Counted from the first letter of the stretch, positions 31,435 to 41,605 are shown. The stretch: DNA of 64,000 nucleotides from an uncultured Gemmatimonadales bacterium (GCA_963828735.1 CAWHFW010000005.1:224001-288000); one strand, 5' to 3'. Notes: generated from the sequence alone by a model not told the origin. Numbers and translations are program-made.

Positions 31435-32470
31435 GGACGAGCTGCACGCCTATCTGGACCAGGCGCTGAGCCGGACGCAGTGCGTCGAGATCGAAAGTCA
31501 TCTCGCCGACTGCCCGCCCTGCCGTGCCACCCGGGACGGCATCGCCGCGCTGCGGGACCGGACCACGGCGCTGCTGGCGCGCCTGGCGCCGCCTCCAGCA
31601 ATCCCGCCCGCGTTCGATCGCCTGCGGAGGCATGCCGCCGAGGTCGAGACGCGGCGGCGGCGCCGGATCCACGTCGTGGCCTGGGCCGCCAGTCTGGTCG
31701 CGGCGGTCGGGATCGGCTGGAGTGCGAGCTCGCTCCTGCGCACCAGCCAGGCGCGGCAAGCGACGTCCGCCGTGGCCCGCGCGTCCGACACGGCGGTGCG
31801 TACCCCGTCATCAGCTTCCATTCCCGCCCCTTCGATTCCCGCACCCAGCGCAGTTCCCGTGGCCGCCGAGCCCTCGCACCGGTCGCCGGTGGCCCGTCCG
31901 GCGCCCCCATCACCAGCGCGCACGGTGAAGCCGTCCTCCCGCCCACGCGAGGTCGTCGCGCCCTCGCAGGATTCCGCTCAGGCAGCCCGCGACGCCACGC
32001 TCAGCGTGCTCGCGCCGAAGCCGACGCTCGAGCTCACGCGCCTCGATCCGTCGGGGCGGCAGGATGACCTCGACGGGATGTGGCGCACGATGTCCTGGGA
32101 CGGCGCCAAGGCGGAGGCGGGGGAGCGGTTGCCGCACATCGACGGACTGCCGGTCGTGCGGGTGCAGGTGCAGAGCGGCGAGCAGAGCTCGCGGCCCGTT
32201 ACCGTCGTGGCTCAGCAGCTCGCTTCGGGCCAGGTGATCCGCACGATCGAGGGGCCGGCCACGGATGTAACCGAGATCCTGTCGCGCCGCTCGACAGCCG
32301 ATGTGGACTCGCTGCTTCGGGCCGGCGACTCGAGCGCGCGCGTGAACGACGGCGGCCACGCCATGGCCATGCAGGTCGGCGACCGGATGCTGGCCATCAC
32401 CGGGGACCTCCCGGCGGACAGCCTCCGCGCCATGATTCGCCGCCTCAACGCGGAGATGCGCAGCAAGTAG
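31418..32470 (+). CDS. Membrane anti-sigma factor with zf-HC2 (ZAS) domain
   Basis: HLADCPPC motif, single TM helix, Pro/Ser-rich linker; overlaps the sigma gene. Confidence 0.88.
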   Translation: MRHIPEDELHAYLDQALSRTQCVEIESHLADCPPCRATRDGIAALRDRTTALLARLAPPPAIPPAFDRLRRHAAEVETRRRRRIHVVAWAASLVAAVGIGWSASSLLRTSQARQATSAVARASDTAVRTPSSASIPAPSIPAPSAVPVAAEPSHRSPVARPAPPSPARTVKPSSRPREVVAPSQDSAQAARDATLSVLAPKPTLELTRLDPSGRQDDLDGMWRTMSWDGAKAEAGERLPHIDGLPVVRVQVQSGEQSSRPVTVVAQQLASGQVIRTIEGPATDVTEILSRRSTADVDSLLRAGDSSARVNDGGHAMAMQVGDRMLAITGDLPADSLRAMIRRLNAEMRSK

Positions 32471-32477
32471 CTCGCGG

Positions 32478-32529
32478 GTCATCCTGAGCGAACAAGGAAG
32501 GGGGCATGCCTCACAGGCATGCCCCCTTC
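32478..32529. repeat. REP-like hairpin, same family as 22093-22126
   Basis: GTCATCCTGAGCG...GAAGGGGGCATGCCT-CAC-AGGCATGCCCCCTTC between convergent genes. Confidence 0.75.
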
Positions 32530-32553
32530 GCGTTGCCCAGGCGACCTCCCGGC

Positions 32554-33924
32554 CTACTCGCGCGGGTGGCCCCGCCGCTCCACCGCGTCGGGTGAGACGT
32601 AGTCCTTCGGGCTCTCCTCGTGCTCGTATTCCGCCGAGATCAGCGCGCTGGCGTGTCCACGCTCGCGTTCGAGCGTGATCTCCGCCAGGCCGGGCGAGAT
32701 CATGGGAAACGTCCGAGCATAGAGCGCGTAGGCGAGCAGGTACAGGCCGATGAAGAGCAGCGTCGGGCCGGCCTCGGGAAGGCGGAAGACCGGCCCCGGC
32801 TGCAGCGTGATCGACGGCATCACCAGCAGATAGCGCTCCAGCCACAGCGACACGAGGCTGATGGTCGCGAAGAAGCCGAGCGTCACCCTGACCTTCTTCG
32901 GGGCCACGCCGAGCAGGCCGAAGAACGGCACGATGAACATGCCGATGAGCACCACCTTGCCCACCGGCAGCCAGTGGCCCCAGAGACGCGTGAACACGAA
33001 GCCGGTTTCTTCCGGAAGGTTGCCGTACCAGATCACGAGGAACTGGGCCCACATGAGGTAGGTCCAGAACACCGTGAATCCGAAGCACAGCTTCCCGAGA
33101 TCGTGGCGCTGCTTGGGCGAAACGAGGTCGGTCACGCCCAGGTGCGACGCGCCGTAGATGGTCATCAGCGCCAGCAGCATGTGGGCGCCGAGGAACGACC
33201 CCATGAAGAAGAATCCGCCGAGCAGGTTCGAGAACCAGTGGGGCTGAAGCGCCATGATGCCGTCGAACGCGATCAGCGTGAGCACGATCGCATAGGTGAC
33301 GACGTAGCCCGGCGCCAGGCGTCCGATGTGCTCCTGGAGCGCGAACCTCGCCTCGCTGCTCCCGTCGAAGCCGCGGGTCCACCGGTCGTAGAGCGCCCGC
33401 CGATTGGCCGGCACGACCGCACGCACGGCGAGCAGGTCGGGCACCATGTCCGCCCGCACGAGCCGCCAGGCGAGGACCGTGAGAAAGCCCAGGCCGATGA
33501 ACAGGCGCGCGAACATGAAAGGATGGGAGAGCCACACCACCTTCCCGTGTTGCATCCCGTGGGTGGCAGCCACCATCGGCCCGTAGATCGCCGAGTATCC
33601 CGCCGTGAAGATCAGCACCAGGGCCACGAACGACACGGGAAGAAACGCCGCCGAGGCCGAGGCGAACCGGATGATCATGCCGGACCACTTGGCGTTGGTG
33701 ACCTTCTGTACGGCCACGAACGCCACGCTTCCGGTGGCGAGGCCGGTGAAGTAGAGCCAGTTCACGTGCACCAGGTGCCAGACCCGGACCGTCTGCCCGG
33801 CGTTTACCGCCCAGGCGATGAAGATGAGGCCGAGCACGGCCAGGCCGCCGCCCAGGCCGAGGAAGAGATCATACCGGCCGGCGACCGCGCGTTGGGCGAG
33901 CCGCTCGCGAAGCGTGGGACTCAT
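32554..33924 (-). CDS. actF: Alternative complex III membrane subunit F
   Basis: Multi-TM protein with PHWFSNL, HDLGKL, WTYLMWAQFLVIWYGNLPEET. Confidence 0.9.
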   Translation of the reverse strand: MSPTLRERLAQRAVAGRYDLFLGLGGGLAVLGLIFIAWAVNAGQTVRVWHLVHVNWLYFTGLATGSVAFVAVQKVTNAKWSGMIIRFASASAAFLPVSFVALVLIFTAGYSAIYGPMVAATHGMQHGKVVWLSHPFMFARLFIGLGFLTVLAWRLVRADMVPDLLAVRAVVPANRRALYDRWTRGFDGSSEARFALQEHIGRLAPGYVVTYAIVLTLIAFDGIMALQPHWFSNLLGGFFFMGSFLGAHMLLALMTIYGASHLGVTDLVSPKQRHDLGKLCFGFTVFWTYLMWAQFLVIWYGNLPEETGFVFTRLWGHWLPVGKVVLIGMFIVPFFGLLGVAPKKVRVTLGFFATISLVSLWLERYLLVMPSITLQPGPVFRLPEAGPTLLFIGLYLLAYALYARTFPMISPGLAEITLERERGHASALISAEYEHEESPKDYVSPDAVERRGHPRE

Positions 33925-34622
33925 CGGGGCCTCTCTCCGGTCGAGCCGGTAGCGCTCGGCGCGGGCGGGATGCCCGCCGCCGCCGCCGCCGGCTCGGGCG
34001 CGAGGGGCACCTGCCCCTGGAGCTTGCGCACGTGATTGACGATGGCCCACCGATCACTGGGCAGATACACCTTGTCGCCGTATCGCGGCATCACCCCGCG
34101 ACCATACCGAATGATGCTGTAGACGTAGCCGTCCGAGTACCCACGGGCCCGCCCCGTGAGCAACGAGGGCGCGCCGATCCGCGACGAGACGGGTCCCTTC
34201 GCGTCGCCGGCCGTGCCGTGGCACACCGCGCAGTAGGTCTGGAACAGCGTGTCGCCCGCGGCGTCGATGTCCCGGGGAATGACGGACACGGACGGGCCCG
34301 CAGACTTCGCCTTGACGGTGTCCCCGGCGCCGGCCGCGTACGGGTTCTTGAGCGCGTTCGCGGTCGTGAGCTTCCCGGTCGTCCACTCGCCCGACCAGTC
34401 GGGCTCGCCGCCGGTGACGGGCACGATGCCCGGTGGCGTGTAGCGCGGGACGGCGGCGGTCTGGTACGGGTGGACGTACTTGGCGCGGATCATGTGGTCG
34501 AACCAGGGGATCACGTGCCAGAGATCGTCCGGCGACGGGACCCGGTTGTACCAGACATCGCAGCCGGTGGTCGCCACGGTGAGCGCGGCGAGGCCGGCCA
34601 GGCACCACTCACGCCGCCTCAC
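33921..34622 (-). CDS. actE: Alternative complex III monoheme cytochrome c lipoprotein E
   Basis: Lipobox TTGC, CAVCH, GVMP, RWAIVNHVRKLQ. Confidence 0.88.
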   Translation of the reverse strand: MRRREWCLAGLAALTVATTGCDVWYNRVPSPDDLWHVIPWFDHMIRAKYVHPYQTAAVPRYTPPGIVPVTGGEPDWSGEWTTGKLTTANALKNPYAAGAGDTVKAKSAGPSVSVIPRDIDAAGDTLFQTYCAVCHGTAGDAKGPVSSRIGAPSLLTGRARGYSDGYVYSIIRYGRGVMPRYGDKVYLPSDRWAIVNHVRKLQGQVPLAPEPAAAAAGIPPAPSATGSTGERPR

Positions 34623-35130
34623 GACGCACCTCCACGGCTCCCGCCGTCCGCAGCAGCTGCTCGACCGCGCCCTGCTGATCGGCCCCGCCCGGGACGAAGA
34701 TGCCGATCCGATCGTCGCTGTAGCTGGGGTCGTAGGCGATCCCGCGCTTGCCCATGAGGACGCTGAACAGCGCCACGGCCACGACGGTGCTGAGCGCGCC
34801 CAGCAGGATGGTCAGTTCAAACGCGATCACGACGTAGGGAGGGATCGAGGCGATCGTCTTGCCGCCCACGATGAGCGGCCAGTCGAGCGACATCCAGATC
34901 GTCATGCCGAACCCGGCCGCGCAGCCGGTCAGCCCGCCGATGAGGGTGAAGAGCCGCACGGGACTCACCGAGTGCTCCAATGCCTCGTCGATCTCGTGGT
35001 TCGGCGAGGCGGAGTAGACCACCATGTTCCTGTGCCCGCGGGCGCGGAGGGCCCGGATCGCCTCGGTCGCCGCGTCCACGTGGACGAACGAGGCGAGCAC
35101 GCCCGGGGTCCGGCGGTTCGACAGGGCCAT
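34609..35130 (-). CDS. actD: Alternative complex III subunit D (DUF3341)
   Basis: Two TM helices, WPLIVGGK, FELTIL. Confidence 0.88.
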   Translation of the reverse strand: MALSNRRTPGVLASFVHVDAATEAIRALRARGHRNMVVYSASPNHEIDEALEHSVSPVRLFTLIGGLTGCAAGFGMTIWMSLDWPLIVGGKTIASIPPYVVIAFELTILLGALSTVVAVALFSVLMGKRGIAYDPSYSDDRIGIFVPGGADQQGAVEQLLRTAGAVEVRREAA

Positions 35131-36503
35131 CAGTGGTGCCCTCCCCCCCGCTTCCGAGGCATCGGGATCATCTCCTTGATCTCCTGGATCGCGACGATCG
35201 GGAAGCTCTTCGCGAAGAGGAGGAACCACATCGAGAACCACCCGAAGGAGCCGAGCAGGATGCCCCAGTCGGCCCAGGTGATGGTCGGATTCGACCAGGC
35301 CCAGGGGATGTAGTCGTTGCTGAGCGACGAGACGATGATCACGAAGCGCTCGAACCACATCCCGAGGTTGATGAAGATCGAGATGACGAACAGCGAGGTC
35401 AGGTTGGTGCGGATCTTCCGGAACCAGAGCAGCTGCGAGACGAAGGCGTTGCAGATGATCATGGTCCAGCCGGCCCACCACATCGAGCCGAACGCGCGAC
35501 GGAAGAAGGTCGTCTGCTCGAAGGTATTTCCGCTGTACCACGCCACGAAGTACTCCATTCCGTAGGCGTAGAACAGGATCGAGCCGGTAAACAGGGTGAG
35601 CTTGGCCAGGTTATCGAAGTGGTACTCGGTGATCATGTGCTCGATCCGGAGCGTCCGGCGGAGCGGGATGATCAGCGTGAGCACCATGCCGAGGCCCGAG
35701 TAGATCGCGCCGGCCACGAAGTACGGGGCGAAGATCGTCCCGTGCCAGCCCGGAACGATCGACGCCGCGAAGTCCCAGCTTACGACGGAGTGCACGGACA
35801 GCACCAGCGGCGTCGCGAGCGCGGCAAGATAGAGGTACGCGCGGGAGTAGTGGCGCCACTGATTGTCGGTGCCCTGCCAGCCGACGGAGGCGAGCGAATA
35901 CACCGACCTCCGCCAGCCCGTCACCTTGTCACGGACGGCCGCGACGTCCGGGATCAGGCCGAACACGAGGAAGGTGGAGCTCACCGTGAAGTACGTCGAG
36001 ATGGCGAAGACGTCCCAGAGGAGCGGCGACTTGAAGTTGGGCCAGAGCCAGCGCTGGTTGGGGTACGGCAGCAGCCAATAGAAGATCCACTGGCGCCCGA
36101 TGTGGATGATCGGGAACAGCGCCGCCGTCATCACGGCGAACACCGTCATGGCCTCGGTGGAGCGGTACACCGCGGTCCGCCACGGGCTGCGGAACAGGAA
36201 CAGGATCGCCGAGATCAGCGTCCCCGCGTGGCCGATGCCGATCCAGAACACGAACGTCGTGATGTAGACGCTCCAGAAGATCGGCGGGGTGTATCCGGCA
36301 TGGCCCAGGCCGTCCTTGACCAGGATCAGGAACGTGAGCAGGCCGAGGAGGAACGCCGAGACGGCGCAGGCCAGCAGCAGGAGGTAGCCCGTGCTCGGTT
36401 GCCCCAGGGTCGCCACGACGTCGCGGGTGACGTCGGCATGCGTCTGGGTGATCTCGAGCTCCGGCTTGGCGCCGGTGGGGGTCGGGTGTGCGACGACAGC
36501 CAT
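35130..36503 (-). CDS. actC: Alternative complex III NrfD/PsrC-type quinol-binding subunit C
   Basis: FVFWIGIGHAGTLISAIL, SPLLWDVFA, VLSVHSVVS. Confidence 0.93.
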   Translation of the reverse strand: MAVVAHPTPTGAKPELEITQTHADVTRDVVATLGQPSTGYLLLLACAVSAFLLGLLTFLILVKDGLGHAGYTPPIFWSVYITTFVFWIGIGHAGTLISAILFLFRSPWRTAVYRSTEAMTVFAVMTAALFPIIHIGRQWIFYWLLPYPNQRWLWPNFKSPLLWDVFAISTYFTVSSTFLVFGLIPDVAAVRDKVTGWRRSVYSLASVGWQGTDNQWRHYSRAYLYLAALATPLVLSVHSVVSWDFAASIVPGWHGTIFAPYFVAGAIYSGLGMVLTLIIPLRRTLRIEHMITEYHFDNLAKLTLFTGSILFYAYGMEYFVAWYSGNTFEQTTFFRRAFGSMWWAGWTMIICNAFVSQLLWFRKIRTNLTSLFVISIFINLGMWFERFVIIVSSLSNDYIPWAWSNPTITWADWGILLGSFGWFSMWFLLFAKSFPIVAIQEIKEMIPMPRKRGGGHH

Positions 36504-36506
36504 CGA

Positions 36507-39503
36507 TCAGGCCTCCACCGATTGCAGGACCTTGGCCAGGTACGTGACCGCCGGGCGGGTGTTGACGTCCTCGAGCGCGTGGTACCCTCTGGGGTCCTGC
36601 TTGATCGCCGCCACACGGCTCTGGGGGTCGCGCACGTTGCCGAACACGATCGCGTCCGACGGGCACGCCTGCGCGCAGGCCGTGGTGAACTCCCCGTCGC
36701 GGATGGGCCGGTCCTCGAGCCGGGCCTGGTTCTGCGCGCCTCGGATCCGCTGGATGCAGAAGGTGCACTTCTCCATGACCCCGCGGGCCCGCACCGTGAC
36801 GTCCGGGTTGAGCTGCAGGTGGAGCGGCTCGGGCCACGCCATCTCGTTGTACTTGTACCAGTTGAAGTAGCGCACCTTGTATGGGCAGTTGTTGGCGCAG
36901 TACCGGGTACCGACGCACCGGTTGTAGACCTGGCCGTTGAGGCCGTCGGCGGTGTGGTACGCGGCGTACACGGGACATACGGGCTCGCACGGCGCGTTGC
37001 CGCAGTGCTGGCACAGCATCGGAATGAAGCGCGCCGACGGCGTCTCGCCCGCCTCCTCGCCACCCTCCCAGTACCGCTCGATGCGGATCCAGGTGAGTTC
37101 CCGGCCCTTGAGGATCTCCTGCTCACCGACGGTCGGAATGTTGTTCTCCGCGTAGCAGGCCGTCACGCACGCCTGACAGCCGGTGCAGCGGGCGAGATCG
37201 ATCGCCATCCCCCACTGCGGCAGATCCCGGGTGTAGTCACCCTTGGTGGCGGCCCGGTGCTGGGCCTCGCTCCACCCCTTGAGCGCCTCCACCTCGCGCT
37301 CGTTAACCTCGTGCTCGCCCTCGCCTTCGCCCAGGTGGAACTCCTGGAGCGTGAGCCCCTTCTGCGCGGCCGCGACCGGCATCGCCTCGGCGATGCCGCG
37401 CCCGAGCTGCCGGGGGACGCCCTGCACGCTCGCGAGCTTCCGGAAGGCGCCGGTCTTCTCGAGGGTCACCCGGGTGGACACATAGGCCACGTATTCCCCG
37501 GTGGGCGCGCCCAGCAGGTCGAGCGCGTTGACCCCGCGGCCCTTGGCGAACGCCCCGTACTCGGTGTGGCCCAGCCCCAACGGCACGGCGACGGCGTCCT
37601 GGTGCAGTCCGAAATGGATGTAGGCCGGCGCCTCGAGCGCGCCGTGCGGCGAGGTGAGTCGCACGATCTCGCCATCCTGGATGTCGAGCCGCCGCGCCGT
37701 CTCGGGGCTCACCTCGACCCAGGAATGCCACGTGATCTTGGTGACGGGGTCGGCATTCTCGAGCAGCCACGGCTTGTTGGCCCCGCGGCCGTCGTGCAGC
37801 AGGCCGTGCGGATAGGCGAGGAGCACGAAGCTCCCATTGCCCTCGAACGCCGGCTTGGTGTACGCGATGTCCGCCGCGCTCGCCGCGAGGGCGACCGACG
37901 CCGGCGGCGCCGGTTCCGCGAAGACGCCGCCGCGCTGCAGGGCCGCGCGCCAGAAGTCGTCCGGACTGGTCGCCTTCGCCTCGTCCGCGAGCGCCTGCCA
38001 ACGGCTCCTGAGCCGGGCCTCCCAGCTCGCATCGGTGAATTTCCCGAGCGCGCCGCCCGCCTTCTTGGCGGCGAGCAGCAGGATGTCACCCGCGGAGCGG
38101 GTATCGAACACCGGCTCCATCACCGGCTGCATGAGGCTCCGCACGCCGGCGCGGGGCGCAAGGTCGTCCCACCGCTCGAGCGCGTGGTGTTGCGGGAGCA
38201 GGAGGTCGCACTGGGCGGCCGTCTCGTCGAGGAAGACCGACGTCGAGACCTTGAAGGGCACCTTCTTCAGCTTGTCCGCGAAGCCCGAGGCCTTGGGCAG
38301 TGCGTAGACCGGGTTGGCGTCGTGCACCAGCAGGACCGCCACCTGGCCGCCGTCCATCGCCGCCGCGAGCTGCGCCAACGCGGCGTAGCCGTCGGCCGCG
38401 GCGAGCTCGGGGCCGAACAGGACGGTCTGGCCGACGTTCCCGGCGACGAAATTGAGCAGGTTCACCGCGGCACACAGCTCGGTCGCGCCCGCGTGCTGCG
38501 TACCCACGCCGCCCGCGACGGCCAGGCTGGGCTTGGCCGCGGCGAACTCGCGTGCGACGCGCTCGATCTGGTCGGCCGGCACGCCGGTTTCCTGCGCCGC
38601 CGCGGCTGGCGTGAACTTGGCGAGCGCCTGGGCCACGCCGGCGGGCGCGCCGTTCGCGGTCGCAACCGCGTTGGCGATCGCGAGGGCGAGCACCGTCTCG
38701 GTGCCGGGGCGAACCGCCAGCCACTGGTCCGCGTTGAGCCCGGTGAGATCCCGGCGCGCACCGGCATAGACGAACTTGGCCACGTCACCGTCGGCGAATC
38801 CGTGGGCCTGGGCGAAACCGCGCTGGTTCTCGGTGGGCGAGAGCCAGGTCTCCAGGAAGTCCGCGCCGAAGGAGAGGATGTACTGCGCCTTGCCGAAATC
38901 GTGCGCCGGGAGCTGGTCCACGCCGAACACGCGGCGGTTCGCCGCCCGGACCGGCTCGTGGTCGAACGGCGTCCAGCGGACCGCCTTGCCGCCGAGCGCG
39001 GCGGTCCATTCGGCGAGGAACTCCGAAAACGTTCCCGGGCCCGCGCCGCTCAGCACCGCGACCTTGCCCGCGGCACCTCCGAGCTTCGCGGCCAGCCGGC
39101 CGATGGCGTCGTCCCAGGTGATCTCTCCGAACGACCCATCGGGCTTCCGGGCCATCGGCGCCTTGATGCGCCCCGGGTTGTAGAGGCCCTGGAGCGCCGC
39201 CTGGCCGCGCGAGCACAGCTTGCCCTGGTTGACCGGGTGCTCAGGATTGCCTTCCAGCTTGACGGCACGTCCCTCGCGAGTGCGCACGTGCACGCCGCAG
39301 CCGGCCCCGCACTCCGTACAGGTACTCGCGTACCACGTGGGTACGCCCGGGATCTGATCCTCGGACTGCACCAGGTACGGCACCAGCTTCTCGACGTGGC
39401 TGGTGGAGCACCCGGACAGTGCGAGCGCGCCACCACTGGTGGTGCCGAGCACCGTCAGGAACTTGCGGCGATCCATCCCGGCCGGACGATCGACCTCAGA
39501 CAT
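36507..39503 (-). CDS. actB: Alternative complex III subunit B (molybdopterin-oxidoreductase-like domain fused to an Fe-S domain)
   Basis: Tat RRKFL plus lipobox LSGC, KLEGNPEHP, C-terminal CTGCQAC, CQHCGNAPC, CVGTRYCANNCP and CTFC motifs. Confidence 0.92.
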   Translation of the reverse strand: MSEVDRPAGMDRRKFLTVLGTTSGGALALSGCSTSHVEKLVPYLVQSEDQIPGVPTWYASTCTECGAGCGVHVRTREGRAVKLEGNPEHPVNQGKLCSRGQAALQGLYNPGRIKAPMARKPDGSFGEITWDDAIGRLAAKLGGAAGKVAVLSGAGPGTFSEFLAEWTAALGGKAVRWTPFDHEPVRAANRRVFGVDQLPAHDFGKAQYILSFGADFLETWLSPTENQRGFAQAHGFADGDVAKFVYAGARRDLTGLNADQWLAVRPGTETVLALAIANAVATANGAPAGVAQALAKFTPAAAAQETGVPADQIERVAREFAAAKPSLAVAGGVGTQHAGATELCAAVNLLNFVAGNVGQTVLFGPELAAADGYAALAQLAAAMDGGQVAVLLVHDANPVYALPKASGFADKLKKVPFKVSTSVFLDETAAQCDLLLPQHHALERWDDLAPRAGVRSLMQPVMEPVFDTRSAGDILLLAAKKAGGALGKFTDASWEARLRSRWQALADEAKATSPDDFWRAALQRGGVFAEPAPPASVALAASAADIAYTKPAFEGNGSFVLLAYPHGLLHDGRGANKPWLLENADPVTKITWHSWVEVSPETARRLDIQDGEIVRLTSPHGALEAPAYIHFGLHQDAVAVPLGLGHTEYGAFAKGRGVNALDLLGAPTGEYVAYVSTRVTLEKTGAFRKLASVQGVPRQLGRGIAEAMPVAAAQKGLTLQEFHLGEGEGEHEVNEREVEALKGWSEAQHRAATKGDYTRDLPQWGMAIDLARCTGCQACVTACYAENNIPTVGEQEILKGRELTWIRIERYWEGGEEAGETPSARFIPMLCQHCGNAPCEPVCPVYAAYHTADGLNGQVYNRCVGTRYCANNCPYKVRYFNWYKYNEMAWPEPLHLQLNPDVTVRARGVMEKCTFCIQRIRGAQNQARLEDRPIRDGEFTTACAQACPSDAIVFGNVRDPQSRVAAIKQDPRGYHALEDVNTRPAVTYLAKVLQSVEA

Positions 39504-39518
39504 CGCGGTTCCTCACCA

Positions 39519-40106
39519 TCAGTAGTGGCACACCGAGCAGTCGCGCGAGACCTTCCGCTCGACATGGCAGGTGATGCAAAAACCCATGTTGTTGACGTTG
39601 TTCACCTTGAAGACCTGCGGCATGCGATCGACGTCGCCGTGGCAGGTGGTGCAGGCGTTCGGGCCGAGCACTTTGATGTGCCGCTGATGCGGAAAGTGCG
39701 CATGGCGTGCGATGTAGTGAACGCGCACCCATTCGACGGGCTTCTTGTCGGTCCAGGCCTGACGGAGCTTCTTGATCTCCGTCTTCGCCCCGCTGTCGCT
39801 GCCGCTCACGACCAGGTGACAGCCCATGCAGGTCTGGATGGACGGAATGCCCGGCTCCGTCGAGACCGCCACCGAGTAGTGGCAGTACTGGCACTGGAGC
39901 TTGAACTGGCCGGCGTGGATGTCGTGACGGAAGAAGATCGGCTGGCGCGGCCCCTCGAGCGCTCCGGTGTCGGAAATGACCGGGGCCGCGATCGAGTCGG
40001 CGGCGGGCTTGGCTTGCTGCGCCTGGGTCGAATGACCTCCGAACGCTAGCAGCGCCACGATTGCAGAGGCCGCCACGCCCCCGGCCACGAGAGCCAACGT
40101 ACGCAT
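39519..40106 (-). CDS. actA: Alternative complex III pentaheme cytochrome c subunit A
   Basis: Five CxxCH motifs (CQYCH, CMGCH, CTTCH, CITCH, CSVCH) and QPIFFRH; alternative TTG start at 40118. Confidence 0.9.
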   Translation of the reverse strand: MRTLALVAGGVAASAIVALLAFGGHSTQAQQAKPAADSIAAPVISDTGALEGPRQPIFFRHDIHAGQFKLQCQYCHYSVAVSTEPGIPSIQTCMGCHLVVSGSDSGAKTEIKKLRQAWTDKKPVEWVRVHYIARHAHFPHQRHIKVLGPNACTTCHGDVDRMPQVFKVNNVNNMGFCITCHVERKVSRDCSVCHY

Positions 40107-40261
40107 TATCGATCCCAAACGGTGAAGGAGACGCCGCCGAGTGCTCGTACAGCCTTCGCTAGCTCGCGTGCCCGAACGAAATCGCGCCCGGCCAAGAGCG
40201 CGCCGAAGTATATTCGCCGCATCCTAGTACACAACCCGACCCATGGTCTATCCCGACCTTA

Positions 40262-40792
40262 TTATTCGGGATCCTCGAGGCCGTTGCCGGCCCGCCGGCG
40301 CGCGCGAAGCTGCGGGGCCCGCTGCGGCGCTGGCCGCTCGCCCAGCCACTCGGCCTTTCGGGCGGCGAATCGCAGGAACGTGTCCACCGAGCGGCGATCG
40401 TCCAGCAGCAGCCAGCACCATTTGAGCGGGCCGGTTCGCTGGCCTTCGTCGATGGCACGCCGGATCTCCGCGGGCACCCGGCCGGCCCGTCCGAGGCGAT
40501 CCTCTTCGGCATCGCTCAGGGTGAAGGTGGCCGACAGAGCGTCACCGATCACGTGCACCCAGCAGAGCTTCCGGTTGCCCACGCCATATTCCCACGCCCA
40601 GCGCCACGAGACTCCCATGTAGCGCACCACCTCGGCGACGCCGCCGAGCGCGGTGAGGCCCGTCCGCAGCGTTCGGAACCGCGACGCGGCAGCCGCCGGC
40701 AGGTCCTTGAGGGGGGCCGCCGCGGCCGGCTCGCTGGCTTCGTCGCTGTAGCGGTTGGCCGCCCAGTAGGCGTTCGAGCGTGCTCTCGTCAT
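40262..40792 (-). CDS. Hypothetical protein (DUF3788-like)
   Basis: ATGA-coupled to trmJ; WRWAWEY...RKLCW pattern. Confidence 0.6.
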   Translation of the reverse strand: MTRARSNAYWAANRYSDEASEPAAAAPLKDLPAAAASRFRTLRTGLTALGGVAEVVRYMGVSWRWAWEYGVGNRKLCWVHVIGDALSATFTLSDAEEDRLGRAGRVPAEIRRAIDEGQRTGPLKWCWLLLDDRRSVDTFLRFAARKAEWLGERPAPQRAPQLRARRRAGNGLEDPE

Positions 40793-41605
40793 ACCCCCTC
40801 TTCGTCGGAAGTGTCCACGGAAGTGTCCCCGGCCACCGGCGGGGCGCCTGCCAGTGGGGCTCCTACCCGCTGGAGATACCGCGCCACCTCGATCCCCATC
40901 GCGCGCACCAACGAGGCTTCGCGGCCGTCGAGGTCGGCACGAAAGACGAACTCGCGAAACGAGCGCATCACGCTTTCCGAGCGCCGGGTCTTGAAGAAGT
41001 CGATGGCCCAGAGCGCCCGGTGCCAGTCGTCGAAGAGCTCCTCGAGCTGGCCCGAGGTGGCCGGCGCGGCCTCGCGGCGGGGAGCCTTGAGAGGGAACGC
41101 CTCCCCGCCCCGCGCGTTCCACGTCTCGTATGCCATGATCGCAACTGCCTGCGCCAGATTGAGCGACGGGTGCGTGGGATCGGTTGCGATCGTGACCACG
41201 GTGCGGCACAGATCGAGCTCGGCGTTGGTGAGCCCGCTGTCCTCGCGGCCCGCGACGATGGCGACCGGGCCCGTGCGCAGGTCCCGCACCAGCTCGGCCG
41301 CCGCTTCCCTGGGCCGCAGCGTCCGCCGCTTGGCGGCACGCTCGCGGCCGGTCAGCACGAAGCTCGACACACAGTCCGCGAGAGCAGCCTCGAGCGTCGG
41401 AAGGATCTCGATCCGCGCGACGAAGTCGGCCGTGTTGTGCGCGATCCCCTCGATCCGCCACGGATCGAACACCTCGGGGTCCACGAGCCGCATGCGCTCG
41501 ATCCCGAAGTTCCTGGCGATGCGAACCGCGCTCGCGATGTTGACGATGTCCTGGGGGTTGACCAGAACGAGGATGGGCGACACAGCGGGCGCCTGCCGCC
41601 CCGCG

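Noticed and set aside
34980..40049. 1689-aa plus-strand ORF
   Set aside because: Antisense shadow of actA-D caused by high-GC codon bias; no recognisable motifs.
13047..40106. Phototrophy island (tetrapyrrole genes, plastocyanin, ACIII)
   Set aside because: No bch, puf, puh or crt genes; all components have respiratory roles.
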